Assembly (NCBI GenBank): GCA_951406725.2
Contig: OX597818.1
Coordinates: 114,824,001 to 114,888,000 of the forward strand
Length of the DNA: 64,000 nt
Reading direction: 5' to 3'
Source: Octopus vulgaris
Lineage: Eukaryota
This document shows, in pieces, positions 38,461 to 53,598 of this stretch. Under the pieces are notes generated by a model that searched no databases, was not told where the DNA came from, and was given only the letters and a program-made list of their open reading frames with translations. Within the stretch, counting starts at the first letter, position 1, and every line of letters begins with the position of its first letter. Position numbers and translations under genes: made by a program.

Positions 38461-38599
38461 CATTTAACAAAGTTAAACTGCTTCTGACCAACTTACTTTT
38501 TCTGTAACTTTGAAACTATTTCCTAGTCTTCCACTGTTTCCTGCATTGGTTAATATATTCGCTTCATAAACCTCTACTAATAAAAATCCACCTTTTAAA

Positions 38600-39750
38600 T
38601 CTTCTCCAACAACTATTATGTTACTACTAGAAATCCGATATGTACGTATTTCCGCTCTAAATTTTATTCTATTTTTTTCCGGCGTTCAACAATTGGTTTT
38701 CGCTCCTTTCGTGCCTAATGAACATGTCATGTTTTTTCCGACATCACTTTCCTTCTATTAATCTTTCTTCTGCGCAGAACTTTTGAATACACTCTGGTAT
38801 GCTTCCTTTATATTCTTGCGAGTTCCACGGATTTTTATACGATCCTCATGTATGGATGCAAGTGCTACAAATTGATTTCTACATTCAATCACAATTTCCT
38901 CTTCAATTCTTTCACCATTTGCTTTTTCTATATGAATTTTGGCAACCTTTTCTATAACAGCTCAAGGGTTAAATGAATTCTGCCTGTTTGTTACAGTTTG
39001 TCACAATCACCATATGCATCTCTATATGTTCTAACCTCAAGCAGATATTTTCTGTTTCGCGTTGGCAATCTATCAAAGTATTATTCATTTCATAAAGCTA
39101 AACTTTTTATCTGTTCACTTATTTTTATTAATGCTCCTGTTTTTCCAAAAATACTTCCTTCCATGACGTTGCTGGCTGCGCAAAAGCTGACCACTTCCAC
39201 GACGATAGTGTTGACTTCGCAGAAAATGACAACCATACACGATTTTTCATTCTTCTCGTCTCCAACACTATGTCTATTTATTGTCCGTTACATAATATGG
39301 TTGACATTTCCTACTTTCCCTAATCCCAATTTCACATTACCTGCTGATATACAATCAATTCCCTCACGCAACAATTAGCAGAACCTACCTTTCTTTCATC
39401 GGTTACATTATGTTTAGTCGAGTAAGAAATAATAGAACTGATATTTTATTGCTTAGCTTTAAGTTTCACTAAAAGCATTTCACCGTTAGCAAAATCTTTT
39501 CTTTCTGGTAATATTTTTCAAGATGTTTGATTGCCGACTCTAACGCATTCTATTGTATCTTCTCTTTCAGAGGTCGAAAATAAGCATTGCTTTATGTTGT
39601 AATAATTTGTTCCATCTGTCCAAGATGTGGTTCACTTACAGTCAACATATCAATTATCTATTCGTTTTTCTTGCCTGCTCCAGTGTAGTATTATGCTGTC
39701 GTAATTCAAACAAACTCTTTCGTAATATATTTCACTATTTCTATTTAAAA
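38600..39750 (-). mobile_element. Old, heavily decayed RTE-clade LINE, endonuclease region
   Basis: Hand translation gives ILVKLKAK.NIS, RHSVGDEKNEKSCMVVIFCEVN, QRHGRKYFWK and RKYLLEVRTYRDAYGDCD, in the order of RTE endonuclease motifs. Many stops. Confidence 0.55.
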
Positions 39751-40637
39751 TCGAGGGACTGTTAGCAATGTTGTCTTGCTTGCGTAAAACCATCAAGCTA
39801 TTTACATTCGAAGATACTTTCCAATAGCCTCTAATAAATTTTCATTTTGTCTATAGTGCTAGCTTTAACATTACTTCATGTTACCTCTCTGCCGTTTAAC
39901 TGTTTAAATTACGGTTTATTTTGATTTAACTCGAATGATAAATCATTGCGCTTTCAATTCATGGAACTACATTCATCTTAGAAGATATTATCTTACGTTG
40001 GTTTACCTGAAGATTATGGCATGCTAATAGCTGTAGTACATGGAGGAAATAAATGTCGAATAAATGTCGACCGTCAGGTCTCTAATGAATTTGAAATTGA
40101 AAGCGAAATGGTGCAGTGAGATATTTTATTGATTCTAAAAATAATACAACAGCAAGCAAGATAACTGCAATAAGATGAACAGTTACAAATGCTTAGAAAA
40201 TGAAAGCAATGCGGGTGGGAGTGGCTCTCATTTATAAAGCCAAGTGGTGAATGATAAAGGCAGTGATGTAATTTTATTAGGAATGATAGTAAACGGAATA
40301 AATAAATCTGATAAACAATTGCATAAAAGTATTATTTATAATAGTGTTTATAACATTTGTAGAAATTGTTACAACTGGCGTTCATTGGTCATGTTAGCAT
40401 AAATTTAGTATAGGAATTATATTAATTAGTTAAGGCGGTCAGTATTCCACACTTTCAAATTGCTCAGCATATTTGTATACTTGCTCCGTAATCGGAAGAA
40501 TTGTAAATAGTGAAATAACAGGTGGTACTGACGGTAATGTTACTCATATGATTTTAAAAAATCCACATGCCACTGGCACGACAAATGGTAGCCTTATAAG
40601 TTACAGTAATATGATAATAAACATAAGTAGGATTTTG

Positions 40638-42270
40638 TAGGCCCTGATAGATTCCCCGCTAGTCTCCTGAAGGAATGTAGACACCCACTTGCAGTCCCTC
40701 TGACCAACCTCTGGAGAAATTCGTTAGACGCAGGTTATATACCGAAACAGTTTCTATCCCAGTCAGTCATCCCGGTTTTCAAACAGGGAAACAGATCCCT
40801 CGCACTCAACTATCGCCCAATCTCACTCACCTCCCACATCATTAAAGTGTTTGAAAGAGTGTTAAGATCAAGGATAGCTGACTTTCTGGAGACCCACAAA
40901 CTCCTAAATGCAAATCGGCATGGCTTTCGCTGTGGCAGGGACTGTCTAACACAGCTCTTACACCACATTGAAGATATACTCAAAGCCTTGGGAACAGGTT
41001 CGAACTCTGATGTCATATATCTTGACTTCAGTAAAGCGTTCGACAGGGTAGACCATAATATCCTACTCTCAAAATTGGCAAATGTTGGAATCCGTGGAAA
41101 AGTTCTACACTGGATTAAGTATTTCCTGGCGAATAGAACACAACATGTTGTAGTTGATGGAGTCCACTCAAGCCCAGCAAACGTCACCAGCGGTGTCTCC
41201 CAGGGGACTGTCTTGGGCCCGCTACTCTTCATAATTTACATAAACGACCTTTCCAGTGTCGTATATTACTGCAAAGTGAAAATATTTGCTGATGACACTA
41301 AGCTCCAGCAAATCGTCAATGAAGAAGCAGACCGAACTCAACTCCAGTCTGATCTATATGCTGTGAGTCAATGGGCAGACAGAAACAAAATGCAACTGAA
41401 CGAGGGAAAATTTGAGCTGATGCATTTTGGAAGAAATTCCTCACTAAAACAGCCATACTCTCTTCCTTCAGGGGAACCGCTCACAACCTCTAACAATATC
41501 AGAGACCTGGGTATAATTGTTGATGACGATCTCAGTTGGAGTGCACACATCAACAATAATGTCGATATAGCTCGTAGGATGAGTTCCTGGATCTTAAGAA
41601 CTTTCCGGTCCAGAGAACAAGGTGTCATCATACCACTTTTCTCCTCATTTGTACGGCCACACCTCGAATACTGCTGCCCACTGTGGTTTCCCCATACAAG
41701 ACAAAACATATCGAGGATTGAATCACCCCAGAGGGTACTCACTAAACGAATTGAAGGCATGGCTGCTCTCGATTATTGGGATCGCCTTAAAGCCTTGAAA
41801 CTCTACTCTCTCCAGCGTCGCCGTGAGCGGTACATCATTTGTACGATGTGGAGAATATACCGCCAACTTTGCCCAAACGACTTTAACATTAGCTTCAAGG
41901 TTCATCCAAGACTGGGACCACGGGCCATACGTCTCCTGCCCAATTCAAGATCACAACATACATGTACACTGCGACATAATTTCTTTTCCTCAACAGGTCC
42001 TGCCCTATTTAACATTGTCCCGAGGGAGATCAAATAGGAAAAGGATCCCAACAACTTTAAACGGAGTCTGGATAGATTCCTTTAAGGAATACCAGATAAG
42101 CCACCCATAATTGGATACAACTCACCCAACAAAAACTCACTACTTGAATGGACCATAAACAAAACTTGACTTAAACAGGATTCAGATAATCCTATCAGGT
42201 GGTGCTATTAAGTTAGACATGGCCTGGACCAATCTTTGGTCGAAACATATGTAAGTTTATCTAAGTTTAT
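40638..42270 (+). mobile_element. CR1-clade LINE, 5'-truncated, RT domain and 3' end
   Basis: Motifs GPDRFP..LLKEC, NYRPISLTS, YLDFSKAFDRVDH, SGVSQGTVLGPLLF, FADDTK, RDLGI, VRPHLEYC and LYSLQRRRER. Premature stops from 42035. 3' stem-loop GACCA..TGGTC and a short (TAAGTTTATC)-like terminal repeat. Confidence 0.92.
40847..42037 (+). pseudogene. CR1-type reverse transcriptase, partial
   Basis: 396-aa ORF with complete RT core motifs; lacks the endonuclease. Confidence 0.9.
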
Positions 42271-42691
42271 ATGAATATTATCGATTTACAACTATATTAC
42301 TGAAAACTATTATATATATGGAATACATACACACAAACATATCTATATATATATATATGTGTGTGTGTGTGTCTGTGTCTATGTCTATAACTGTCTAACT
42401 GTCTGGTGATATATTCTAAGCAAATTTTGATAACATACCTTGTGTCTATTCGATACAATTTACAAAGCAGGACGCTAGAACAAGAAAATCCAAGAGCGAA
42501 CTAATTTTGAACTTCTACAGGTTATGTGCACAGGGCCTGGGTATTGTTTGCATAAACAGTTCCCTAAAATACAAACCCAATGCATGAGATTATTAGTAAT
42601 TCGTAACTGTAATATGTAATATTTGTAATATGTTTCTCCCAGGGGCTGAAGTAATTTTTTGAAGAACCTATCTTAACGAAAATAAACTATA

Positions 42692-42729
<38 letters not shown>

Positions 42730-42767
42730 TATAAAGATACATATACACATGTCTATCTATATATATA

Positions 42768-42830
<63 letters not shown>

Positions 42831-43504
42831 ATAAATGCATGTATATGTATAATTATATGAATGTAGGTATATTTGTATATATTGACCGAGGCGGTATAGT
42901 CTGAAAGGACAAACTATTTTAGTGTTTTCTAGACAGAATCTATTACTATTAATTTTTAAATTATTCCAATTCGTTGAAAAAATGCTAATTTCAGGCATGA
43001 AATACAGTTTGGAATTCGGCTGGTGGCCGCATTTCTTTTTATTATTAAAGCTGTAGCATTTATATTGCCTTTCAAGTTGACTGTATAATAAAATAACACA
43101 ATATGTTCTAACAAATGGAAAATACAACGGCTTTGATCCGTGTCTATGCTTTGCGAGCAGTGTACGTGTGTGCAGTGCGCATGTGTGTACTAAACTGAAA
43201 ATGACTACGTAGGCTATAGAGATATTTTATATGTATATATAAATATGTATGTGTCTGTATATGTAAAATATATGACTGGATAGTTACGGTATATAATGTA
43301 GAAATGCACAGACACATACATATAAATATATTACAAATATATGTGCGTGTGTATGAGTATATATATATACAATATATAAATAGGTTTAAGAGACAGAACC
43401 TCCTTCAAGGAACTCAAATAACATAGAATGACATTATCTATGATAGAAATATATAAGATTAACTTTTATCAAAACTAATATCTATAATTACTATATATAT
43501 ATTG

Positions 43505-43808
43505 TTTCTTCCTTCTCGAGCCAGGCCTGGCTCATAAGGCCGGTTTCCCGCTTTCCTTGGCTTGTAGGTTCCTCAACTAAGACGGTACGCCGGTCCGTTG
43601 CGGGTCAGGTGCAAGATGCAGGAGGAAACAGTGTGAGAAAATTGTGACGAAAGAGTCCGCAGAAGTTCACCGTTACTTTCTGCCGGAGCTGCGTGGCGTT
43701 TAGGTGATTCACTCATAAACACACATATCGCCCGGTCTGAGAATCGAACCCACGATCCCTCGACCGTGAGTCCGCTGCTCTAACCACTAGGTCATATGCC
43801 TCCACACT
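43505..43808 (-). mobile_element. SINE family T, tail variant 2
   Basis: A-box TGACCTAGTGG, B-box GGTTCGATTCT, tail ...GGAAACCGGCCTTATGAGCC. Confidence 0.85.
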
Positions 43809-43861
43809 ATATATATATGTATATATATACATATATGTATGTATTTATGTATATATATATG

Positions 43862-43901
<40 letters not shown>

Positions 43902-43904
<3 letters not shown>

Positions 43905-44210
43905 TGGAGGCACATGACCTAGTGGTTAGGGCAGCGGATTCGCGGTCGTAGGATCGCGGTTTCGATTCCCAGACCGGGCGTTGTGTTTATTGAGCGAAAG
44001 CACCTAAAGCTCCACGAGGGTCCTGCAGGGGGTGGGGGTGGCGATCCCTGCTGTACTCTTTAGCCAAAACATTTTCTCCCTCTTTCTTCTGTTGGGCTGC
44101 TCGCTTAGCCAGCTGGGTGGCGTCACATTATGGCTAAAACAATGCAAAGCGCATTGTGACCAGCGATGTGTAGTAACATCATCTGATAGCCTGGTAATCA
44201 CGTGATCACA
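43902..44210 (+). mobile_element. SINE family T, tail variant 3
   Basis: A-box TGACCTAGTGG, B-box-like GTTTCGATTCC, tail ...GCGCATTGTGACCAGCGATGTG...CACGTGA. Confidence 0.85.
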
Positions 44211-44218
44211 TGATATAT

Positions 44219-44272
<54 letters not shown>

Positions 44273-45193
44273 GCACATATTGCTGATGTCATAAAAATAC
44301 ACATACATACATATAAAATACCCTGTTGATGTTGAAAATCCAATCAAGGATCCTTGGATCTAGGTTTGAAACCGGCTCTTTCTCTATAGGCAAGAAATAT
44401 TGAAATAAAACTGAACAATGTCATACATACACACACGCTCATTGTTAATGTTATAAGAACTTTGAAATTCTTAGAGAACATGAAATATTTTTTGGAATAG
44501 TGAAACTCGAAGCAGATGAAAGAAACCCATAAATAACCATGCTGTGTTTAGCTGCAACTTATTTCAACGACTCCGGAAATTCAACCTCGGCAGAACTTGA
44601 ACTCAAAACGTAAAAACTGACGAAATATTACTAAGCATTTTGTACAGCGTGCTAATGATTCTGCCTCCCCTACACCTCTATAAAGCTATTGATAATAACG
44701 TGCATTGGTGAGGATTAGCTATCAAGATCATTTGATACTATGCATTTATTTGCAAAATTTGTGGACCATAGTCTGCAACATGCAACTCTGCAATAGATGT
44801 AACAGCTGAGAAGGCTGAGAGGCCTCACCAAAAGAAACCTTACCTGGTCGTGGAATCGAACCTAATTCCTTCAATTGAGAATTTATTGCGTAACTACTGC
44901 GCCGCATACTTTTTTCAGCTTTATCTGTTTTTCTCTCCTTCTCTTGCTTTCTGTGAAATGTTGTATAGTCCCTGCAATTTTGAAGTTACTGCGCAAACCT
45001 TCTCGTAAAAATTGAATTACACTATTCATAGGTGTACGCATGCTTTTGCGCTGAACTCTACGTCCGTCCTTGTGCCTAGTTAAACAAATCAATATTTACA
45101 AAAGCTTAACTTCTAAGTCAATCAGCTATAAACCTTCTTCAACTATTTCCGCTGACAACGAAGAATGAGGGAACCCTCTAAGCAAGATACTTT

Positions 45194-45226
<33 letters not shown>

Positions 45227-46969
45227 TGTGGCGTAGTTAACAAGTTAAATATGGTTGATTGATTAGATCTTGTTTGAGAGCTTTCATCTGTAAAGCTATT
45301 GCATCCGATACTACCTATTAAATTAATCAAAGTATTTAAGTCATATAACAACAACCGGAATCACCAGCATGTAATTTCTCAGCCACTATAGAATATTTCA
45401 CTGGCTTTACCTTGGTCAAGGCAATTAATTCTTCTGCAGTCAATTCTATTAAACCCTTTGTGGATGTCGAAGTTATTATTCACTCGTCGTTGCAAGCAGA
45501 CCTCAATAATTCATTAGACTTGAAATGCACTTACTGAATCAGCAATAAATGTAAAAGTCTTATAAAAACGAGTAAGACTAGCGTGGATATGTTTGGAATT
45601 TTCTTGACAATAAATAAACTGAAGTCATCATACATCCTATTGCTTAGAAGTGCCATGTTAATCGTCAGAAATAAATAGAATATTACCTTAATGGGTTTAA
45701 TATGTGAAATATCAAACACAACGTGAAAAAATAGGTATTTAATAATTACTGAAACTTCTTTAGAAAAGAAAGAGAATAAGGTATTTCTAGCAAATCTATG
45801 TCTGAAGTGAATGAGATTATGATGATTTTCCATGGTTCTCCTCGGGGAAGGTTACCCTATGTCTCAATAACAAAATTTACATATCATTCCTCAACCCAAC
45901 GTTAGAATTGACAGTTGGCGGAGAACGGTTCTGGAAGTAAAGGTTGTTATTATTGTTGTTGCTACCTTTTAGCAACAGATTATTCTTGATTATTTTCTTC
46001 ATCAAACGCTTTTTATCTACGCCCATGTCATATTATTCATCTTTGATTTCAATGCCCAATGTACTCTTTCCATTTTCTAAACGTTGCGCATGGTTTAAGA
46101 GATTTTTAATGTAATTTCTAGCGAGATTATCATAAAAGCACCAAAGTGAACCCAAGTTCATAGACTCATAGTTTAGCTTCAGGTGGGCCTGGAAAAAGTA
46201 TTCCTGCCAAGACATTTTCATTAAAAAATGTCTGTTTCTGCATTTCTATATAAATCGGATAGGATGTGATATGAGGGATATTTGGTTGTTATTTCTGGAA
46301 GGTAGAACAACCGACTATTCGCTTCTCTCTTGGCTCGAAGATAAGTTCAACTGGCAACAGAAGAACACTCGTTCTGATTTGACATCAGAAGATAGTTTGA
46401 CCTGCTAGAAATAACTGATAAGTCTCGCGCAGATCATAACAGAGATTCACAATTTTGAAAACGACTCATCAAAAATGAACACGAGAAGAACGGGATAGTC
46501 ACAGCAGGATCGCATTTGCTCGTTCTTAGTTCGAACTCCGTCGGCGTTTTCCTTTTCATACGCGTTCGAACTTAGTATAACAGTGAAATTTGATTTCCAC
46601 ATTGATTTTATTCGCAAATATTATTCCTGTAGCAATCATGTTTTTCCTAACTACATTAAAGAACAAAAATATAAAGCTTATTATAAACAAGGTACAAATG
46701 GTTTGGAGAGCCAAGATTTTCAAGCAGAATCTAGTCATGTCTGATCTCGTTTATTTCACTAACATCCTGTTTAACGATGTTTACAGCATTTGAAACGTGT
46801 TGACATTAAAGATTGTACAGGAATCAACAAAGCGATTTGCACGTGTTCATTATGCTAACGGTTACAATTATTATAATGGTAATCTTCCCCTAATGGCATT
46901 TAAAATTGAAATTTTAAAATTATTCGAAAATGAAAGAAACCAACTTCTTTTAATTTTGAGAGTTTGTTA

Positions 46970-47380
46970 ATGAAATTTGGGTAATGACCGAAAGATCACG
47001 AATGCAAGCAGCCGAAATAGGATTCATCCAAACGGTATCTAGAGTAATGTTAGTCGAAAGGGTATGTACCTCGGAGATCGAGGAGTCTAAGCAGGTTGAG
47101 CTGCTACTTATCCGCACTGAGAGGTCACAGCCCCGGTACTGCGAACATGTGATTAGAATATAATAGGAACAGACCGCAAGATGGATTCTTCTAAGCGAGC
47201 TAATCGCTGGGAGCCTTAAGAGTAGATCAAGAACTAGTTGCATAGCATCACGAGTCTCAGATGATCACGCTTGGGAATCCAGCAACAAAATGTAATATCG
47301 GTTGCTTCTGAATGAAACTTATAGTGTCGGTGCTTTAGGACTGTACCGCCAAGATCTACCACAGAATAGTGGACAGAATA
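46970..47380 (+). mobile_element. RTE-clade (Rex3/Expander-like) LINE 3' fragment, degenerate
   Basis: WVMTERSRMQAAEIGF...ERV..SEI...VELLLIRTERSQ.RY..HV.R matches the Rex3-type motif WVMTER.RSRIQAAEMSFLR...VEPLLL.IERSQLRW.GH. Confidence 0.8.
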
Positions 47381-48290
47381 GAGCGAGGGATATATCGATT
47401 GGTACAGAACGCTTGGTGAGCCACTATTTTTAACCAGGATCTATTCCTCTTTTAGCTTATTTATTTATATTGTTTTAGCCATGTTTTCTATATTCAAAAC
47501 TAGTTGAGATCTCACAGAAATCGACGAAACCGACTGCCAGTGTTTTCTGTGGCAACGGTTAACTTGTGATAAATTCACTTATTCGTATTCGGGATTAATT
47601 TTATTCAGTTTAATTTTAAAAACAATGAACCAGATACCTTTCTCTATTTCTTTCAATTCATTGCATTATGAGTTCAAATCACGTTCTGGCTTACTTGGAC
47701 GATAGATTAATACGTTTGCTTGGTTTAACACTACCATCTGGGCTTTAAATGCGTTTAGAAGTTCTCACTCTGTCGCTAGTATTCAAGCTAGATGTCCAAC
47801 AACATCATGATTTCCTCCTTTCCTCGAAGGCTCTGAAGTAATGAAAATTGAACAAAAAAATTGTATTTCTAATGCTCCTTATATAAAGCCTTTCTCTTGG
47901 ATATTTCTACCTCTCTTTATTCCTCCTATGCCAAAAAAATTCTTCCTCCATCTCCCTGTCTTTCATTCATTTCCTACTTCTGTTCTTCCATCCTACGCTG
48001 CATAAATTCTCTTCTCTTTCCCTGTCTTTTGGTCTTTAAATCTTTGTCACTACTATATGAACTGTGTTTACCAACATTCTCTTGATGAGAAGAGTCGGGC
48101 TTATTGTAATATCACCGAGAAACTGTTTACTGGTTGCATATCCAAGATTTCTTCCATTTCCCATCACCAAATTATAAATATTACGATTTTTACGTAATTC
48201 CGAAAATTCTGAAACAGTTGTAGTTAAGAAATTATGTATTCACAACTTAACATTCTGTATGTTTATGCTCTCTGTAAATGTTAATGTGTG

Positions 48291-48462
<172 letters not shown>

Positions 48463-48637
48463 TATTTATATTTATATTTATATTTATATATATATATACA
48501 TACACATACACATATATATCTATATATAGATATATGTAGTGTGTATGTATCACGCTTAATTGTTTATCATGCACACACCCATATACACACGCACGCACAC
48601 CCACCCACCCATACACACACACACACATACACACACA

Positions 48638-48726
<89 letters not shown>

Positions 48727-49165
48727 GAGTGTATTCTTAATTGAGTTTCATGAGAATGTACCTAATATATGCATGCCAGAATGAATTTGTGCAACGCAAC
48801 GTTGACTATGAAATGGTGAAATATAGATTTCTCTGATGGTTATGTATATCTTCCTTTTATGGAAATCATAATACTATTGCTAAATACTCAAAATTCTGCT
48901 TACTCTAAATTGCCCTTCAGTACTGGGGGCTAAATACTGTATATGAATATTTATGGAGTAAATCTCTGGAGTCTATTTGTCACATAACTGTATAGAAATA
49001 TTGAGCTTGAAGTTTGGCACTTGTACAAGAATAACTATTTAGGTATAAGGTTCTCTCTAGTTTCTTTAAACGTGTCCTGTTTTTTGCGAACCTATGTACG
49101 AGAACATATAAATATATCTATATGTATATATTTATGTGTGTGTGTGTGTATACATACATACATAT

Positions 49166-49577
<412 letters not shown>

Positions 49578-50443
49578 TATATACATCTGATACGTAAGCA
49601 ACGAGAAAAAATAGAAAACAGGTAGAGTTAAATCAAAGAGAGGACCCTTCATCAGTTGTCGGGTGTCTATATACTCATCATTTCAAGCATTCAACAATAT
49701 GAGTCTTCAAAGACAGTTGCTCCTATAAATTTTAAAATAAAATATAGGAATTATGGAGGGTGAAAGTTTGTAACAAAAAACTGACAATGGAGGCATACAA
49801 GGAAGCCGAACGAAACAAACGAACGAAAACAAACATGGAGGGTCGTTAGACCAGAACGAGAGGAAAATAGTGAACGCTGGGAGAAACATTTTTGCTCTTT
49901 GAAAAGAGAAAAGATAGAAGAAAGAGAGAGAAAAAACATCTGTTCGTTTAAATGTCCGTTTAGGAAAAGAAAGATTGTCATGCGAGGAAAAAGATGATGG
50001 TCACGTGTGAGCAAAGAGAGATAAAGAGAAAGAGAAAGAGGGTTGAGAGAGACAGACAGATAGAAAAAAGTGGAGATAGATAGGTAGATAGTTATAGATT
50101 CCTATATATACGTATGTATATATGTATATATATACATATATATATGTGTGTGTGTATTTATATATATATATATATGTATGTATATCTTAATCAAATATAT
50201 TCAATGAGAATACAATATACTTAATTTCTAATAAGTGCTCTTGGTAGGGAAACGTCTAAAACATTAAAGGTATTTAAACATTTAATAAGATCGATTATAT
50301 ATTATATTATTAAATAATAGCAGGAAAATTACATCAAAAAATCATCACAAAAGATATAAGTCCAAAATGATATTGTATTAATTGAGTAAATGTATAAATA
50401 TACAAAGTATGATTATTTAAAATGTTTAAAAGTTTAAAATAAC

Positions 50444-50648
50444 TTACGATCGTTTCATGAATGTATTACCCTTCGAAATATTATTATTATTAGGTAATAC
50501 ATCCAATCGTCAGAGAGAAAGAGTAGGAAAACAATGTTGTTTAAGCATCATCGTTTAAATATATTTTTAAATAGCATTCGATTGACTACACAGAAATTCA
50601 CCCTCTTTCTCTCTGACGAGTGGACGTATTACCTAATAATGATTATCG
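50444..50648. ncRNA. Candidate type-I hammerhead ribozyme (minus, 50444-50518) with an inverted partial copy (plus, 50603-50648)
   Basis: Minus strand: CTGACGA - TGGATGTATTACC..GGTAATACATTCA (long stem II) - GAAA - CGATCG - TA. Confidence 0.55.
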
Positions 50649-50649
50649 T

Positions 50650-50820
50650 ATGATCCCGGTTTCGATTCCCAGACCGGGCGGTGTGAATGTTTATTGAGCG
50701 AAAATACCTAAAGCTCCACGAGACTCCGGCAGGGTGGGGGTGGCGAACCCTGCTGTACTCTTTCACCACAACTTTCTCTCACTCTTTCTTCCTGTTTCAA
50801 ATGCCCAGCCTTGTCACCGT
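50650..50820 (+). mobile_element. SINE family T fragment
   Basis: GTTTCGATTCCCAGACCGGGCG..CCTAAAGCTCCACGAG..CCCTGCTGTACTCTTTCACCACAAC. Confidence 0.8.
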
Positions 50821-50973
50821 CATGACATAAAAACTTATATTAAACAAATTAGTTTCGTGTATCAAGACATCGCCGAGTGCATCATTTTTCCTCCAGATAC
50901 ATCTCTTCAGGTGCCCTGAGATTTTGGACATACATCAGAAGACAGCTCATGGAAGAATTGTATACTTCTTCAC

Positions 50974-51035
<62 letters not shown>

Positions 51036-51536
51036 TACACATGCACACATACACATACATACACACATATACACACGCACTCACTCACTCACTCACTCAT
51101 TCTTTCCCTTCAGTCTATAACCCTACTAAAATGCTGAGGTGACATCAAGTCTGTTCTCACCAACTGACAACTGATGCAGCTACAATTCTTTACGTTTCCC
51201 TGTTAGGGGAATTTGCTTTTACAGCTCATTTAATATTCTACGTAAGCAGCTCTCTCAAAACGGTACTTCATTATCCACTTATGACTTTTATGCTTTTCGC
51301 CAATCATCAATCTTGTTGATAATGTCTCGTTCCACTAGACGTTATACATTCAAACGTACCTTCGTTATATATGAAGTATACTTAGAATAAACTACGCTTA
51401 GTATAAATTACTCTTGAGAATATCAAGAATTGGGGACTAGCAGTCAGTAAAAATACAAGACAATACTGAACGTTGCACCAACACCAGTGTGGAGCAACGT
51501 ACGACATTACGCAACCCATATATATGTGTGTGTGTG

Positions 51537-51585
<49 letters not shown>

Positions 51586-51877
51586 AGTAGTAGTAGTAGT
51601 AGAAATATGTTACAAAAAGAAAATAGAAAATACACGTGGAAATGTCAGGAGATAATAAGAAAAATCAGCGAAAATGCACATTGTAAGTAAAAAAAGAAAA
51701 TGCTTTTTATGAAAGGTAACGACAGATATATACTTTTAGATGGGCTGAGGTAGTAATAAAAGTCATAAAAGTCATTATTATGAGATTATTAAAGAGTCAG
51801 AATGCATACCATGTTTTCGTCATAAGCTATTCATTGCTTTGAATGAACTCCGGCTAATCCGGCTATATATATATGTA

Positions 51878-51967
<90 letters not shown>

Positions 51968-52127
51968 GTATATATATATATATGTATATATATAGATGTA
52001 TATGTATATATATATATAGATATATATATATATGTGTGTGTTTTGTATATATATATATATATATGTATATATATAGATGTATATGTATGTATATATATAT
52101 ATATATATATATATTTACATATATATA

Positions 52128-52189
<62 letters not shown>

Positions 52190-52219
52190 GTGTGTGTGTT
52201 TGTGTGTGTGTGTGTGTAG

Positions 52220-53090
52220 AATGTTGGAAAGTAACAAACGAGATGATATGTATAAGGAAAATGCCACTTTTGCATGAAAGTATAGAGAGACTTAAAGAAT
52301 TTCAAGCACTTCTAAATGGACTTAGCTGTATTCCATCGTAAACTGAATGTTTATGTGATCAACAACTTCCATTCTGTGAAATCCTCATTAAGAAATAGAA
52401 ACAGACATATACTATAGGTTCACGGACTCCAATATCTACCGTTCAAGTCATGCTGCCCCAGACACACTAGAATGAACATCCCATTCAACCTGGCAAAAAG
52501 GATTTGTTTATAGTTTCTAATACAAGCACCAGATTACATGAACTAAAAGATACACTCATCAGCAAGAACTACCCACCGTCACTAACAGATAGAGGCTTTC
52601 AACGTTCCCTACAACTCAACATCCACAAACTCAGACATACCAAATTAAACAAGGATTTACAACCAACATCCCTACCATACACATCCACACAAAACCCTCT
52701 TAACAATGAAGCCTTCGACACCATCCTCCAGGCCATTCCCCTACTAAAAGGGCCCACAAAATGAATCTAATCCTCCAGATGCATACCATCATAAAGAGCA
52801 AAAAACAACCCAAGTCAATGAAAAGTCTTCTAAAACAAGCCAAACACACTCGTCAACACCACTGAAACCATTAGTAAAAAAAAGCGGAAGACCTAACTGT
52901 GGTATATGCGCCAACCTAATTGAGGGATCGGAGTTCTCCTTCAAACAAGGTCAACATTGAAAAATTATTTCACATGTGCTTCGGAAAAACTAACATATGT
53001 GTTAACTTGCTCTGGCTGTCGAGAGCAATACATAGTCCAAACCAAAGGCAGCCTACGCCAGAGGATGACCCTACCTACATACCAGATTAG
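52220..53090 (+). mobile_element. Penelope-like element fragment (RT thumb plus GIY-YIG endonuclease), degenerate
   Basis: QLPF.EILIK, CPRHTRMNIPFNLAKRI, RLHELKDTLI..NYP, C..C linker and FTCASEKLTYVLTCSGCREQYIVQT..SLRQRM (GIY-YIG). Confidence 0.85.
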
Positions 53091-53409
53091 GGCGTTGGGA
53101 GATGGGGAGGCGAGAGTGGGAAAAGCAAGGGTGGTTGTGGGTTAGGCTGAGGGTGGAAGTAGAGGTAGGGTATGTGTGTAGACGGAGGGGTAGAGAAGGA
53201 GTATGTGGGAGTGGTGTAAGGGATGGGGAAAGATAAGGAAGGTGGGGTGGAATTGTTGGGGTGGGGTGGTCTTACGAGGGAGGGGTGACGATGAAGGAGG
53301 CGAAGGAGAAGGTGAATAGAAGTGAAGCGAAGTATGAGTCGGAGCAAGAGAGGAGAGGGGAAGAGAGTTCAGCCCATGTGGGGCAAAGGAGCGAAGAGAG
53401 AAGATTAAT

Positions 53410-53453
<44 letters not shown>

Positions 53454-53562
53454 ACTTGTTAAAGACTTGTTTTATTTATATTTCCTGAGCGCCATACTAA
53501 TACAATTGTTCGTTTGTTTTCCACCTGCCTTCGTCTTTTGTCTATTTTCATAAAGCTTCCCG

Positions 53563-53598
<36 letters not shown>

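Noticed and set aside
46260-46450. Short motif GA(C/T)CTGCT(A/G)GAAAT..AGC recurring at ~8580, ~9915 and inverted here
   Set aside because: Probably an old dispersed repeat, but too decayed to define boundaries or class.
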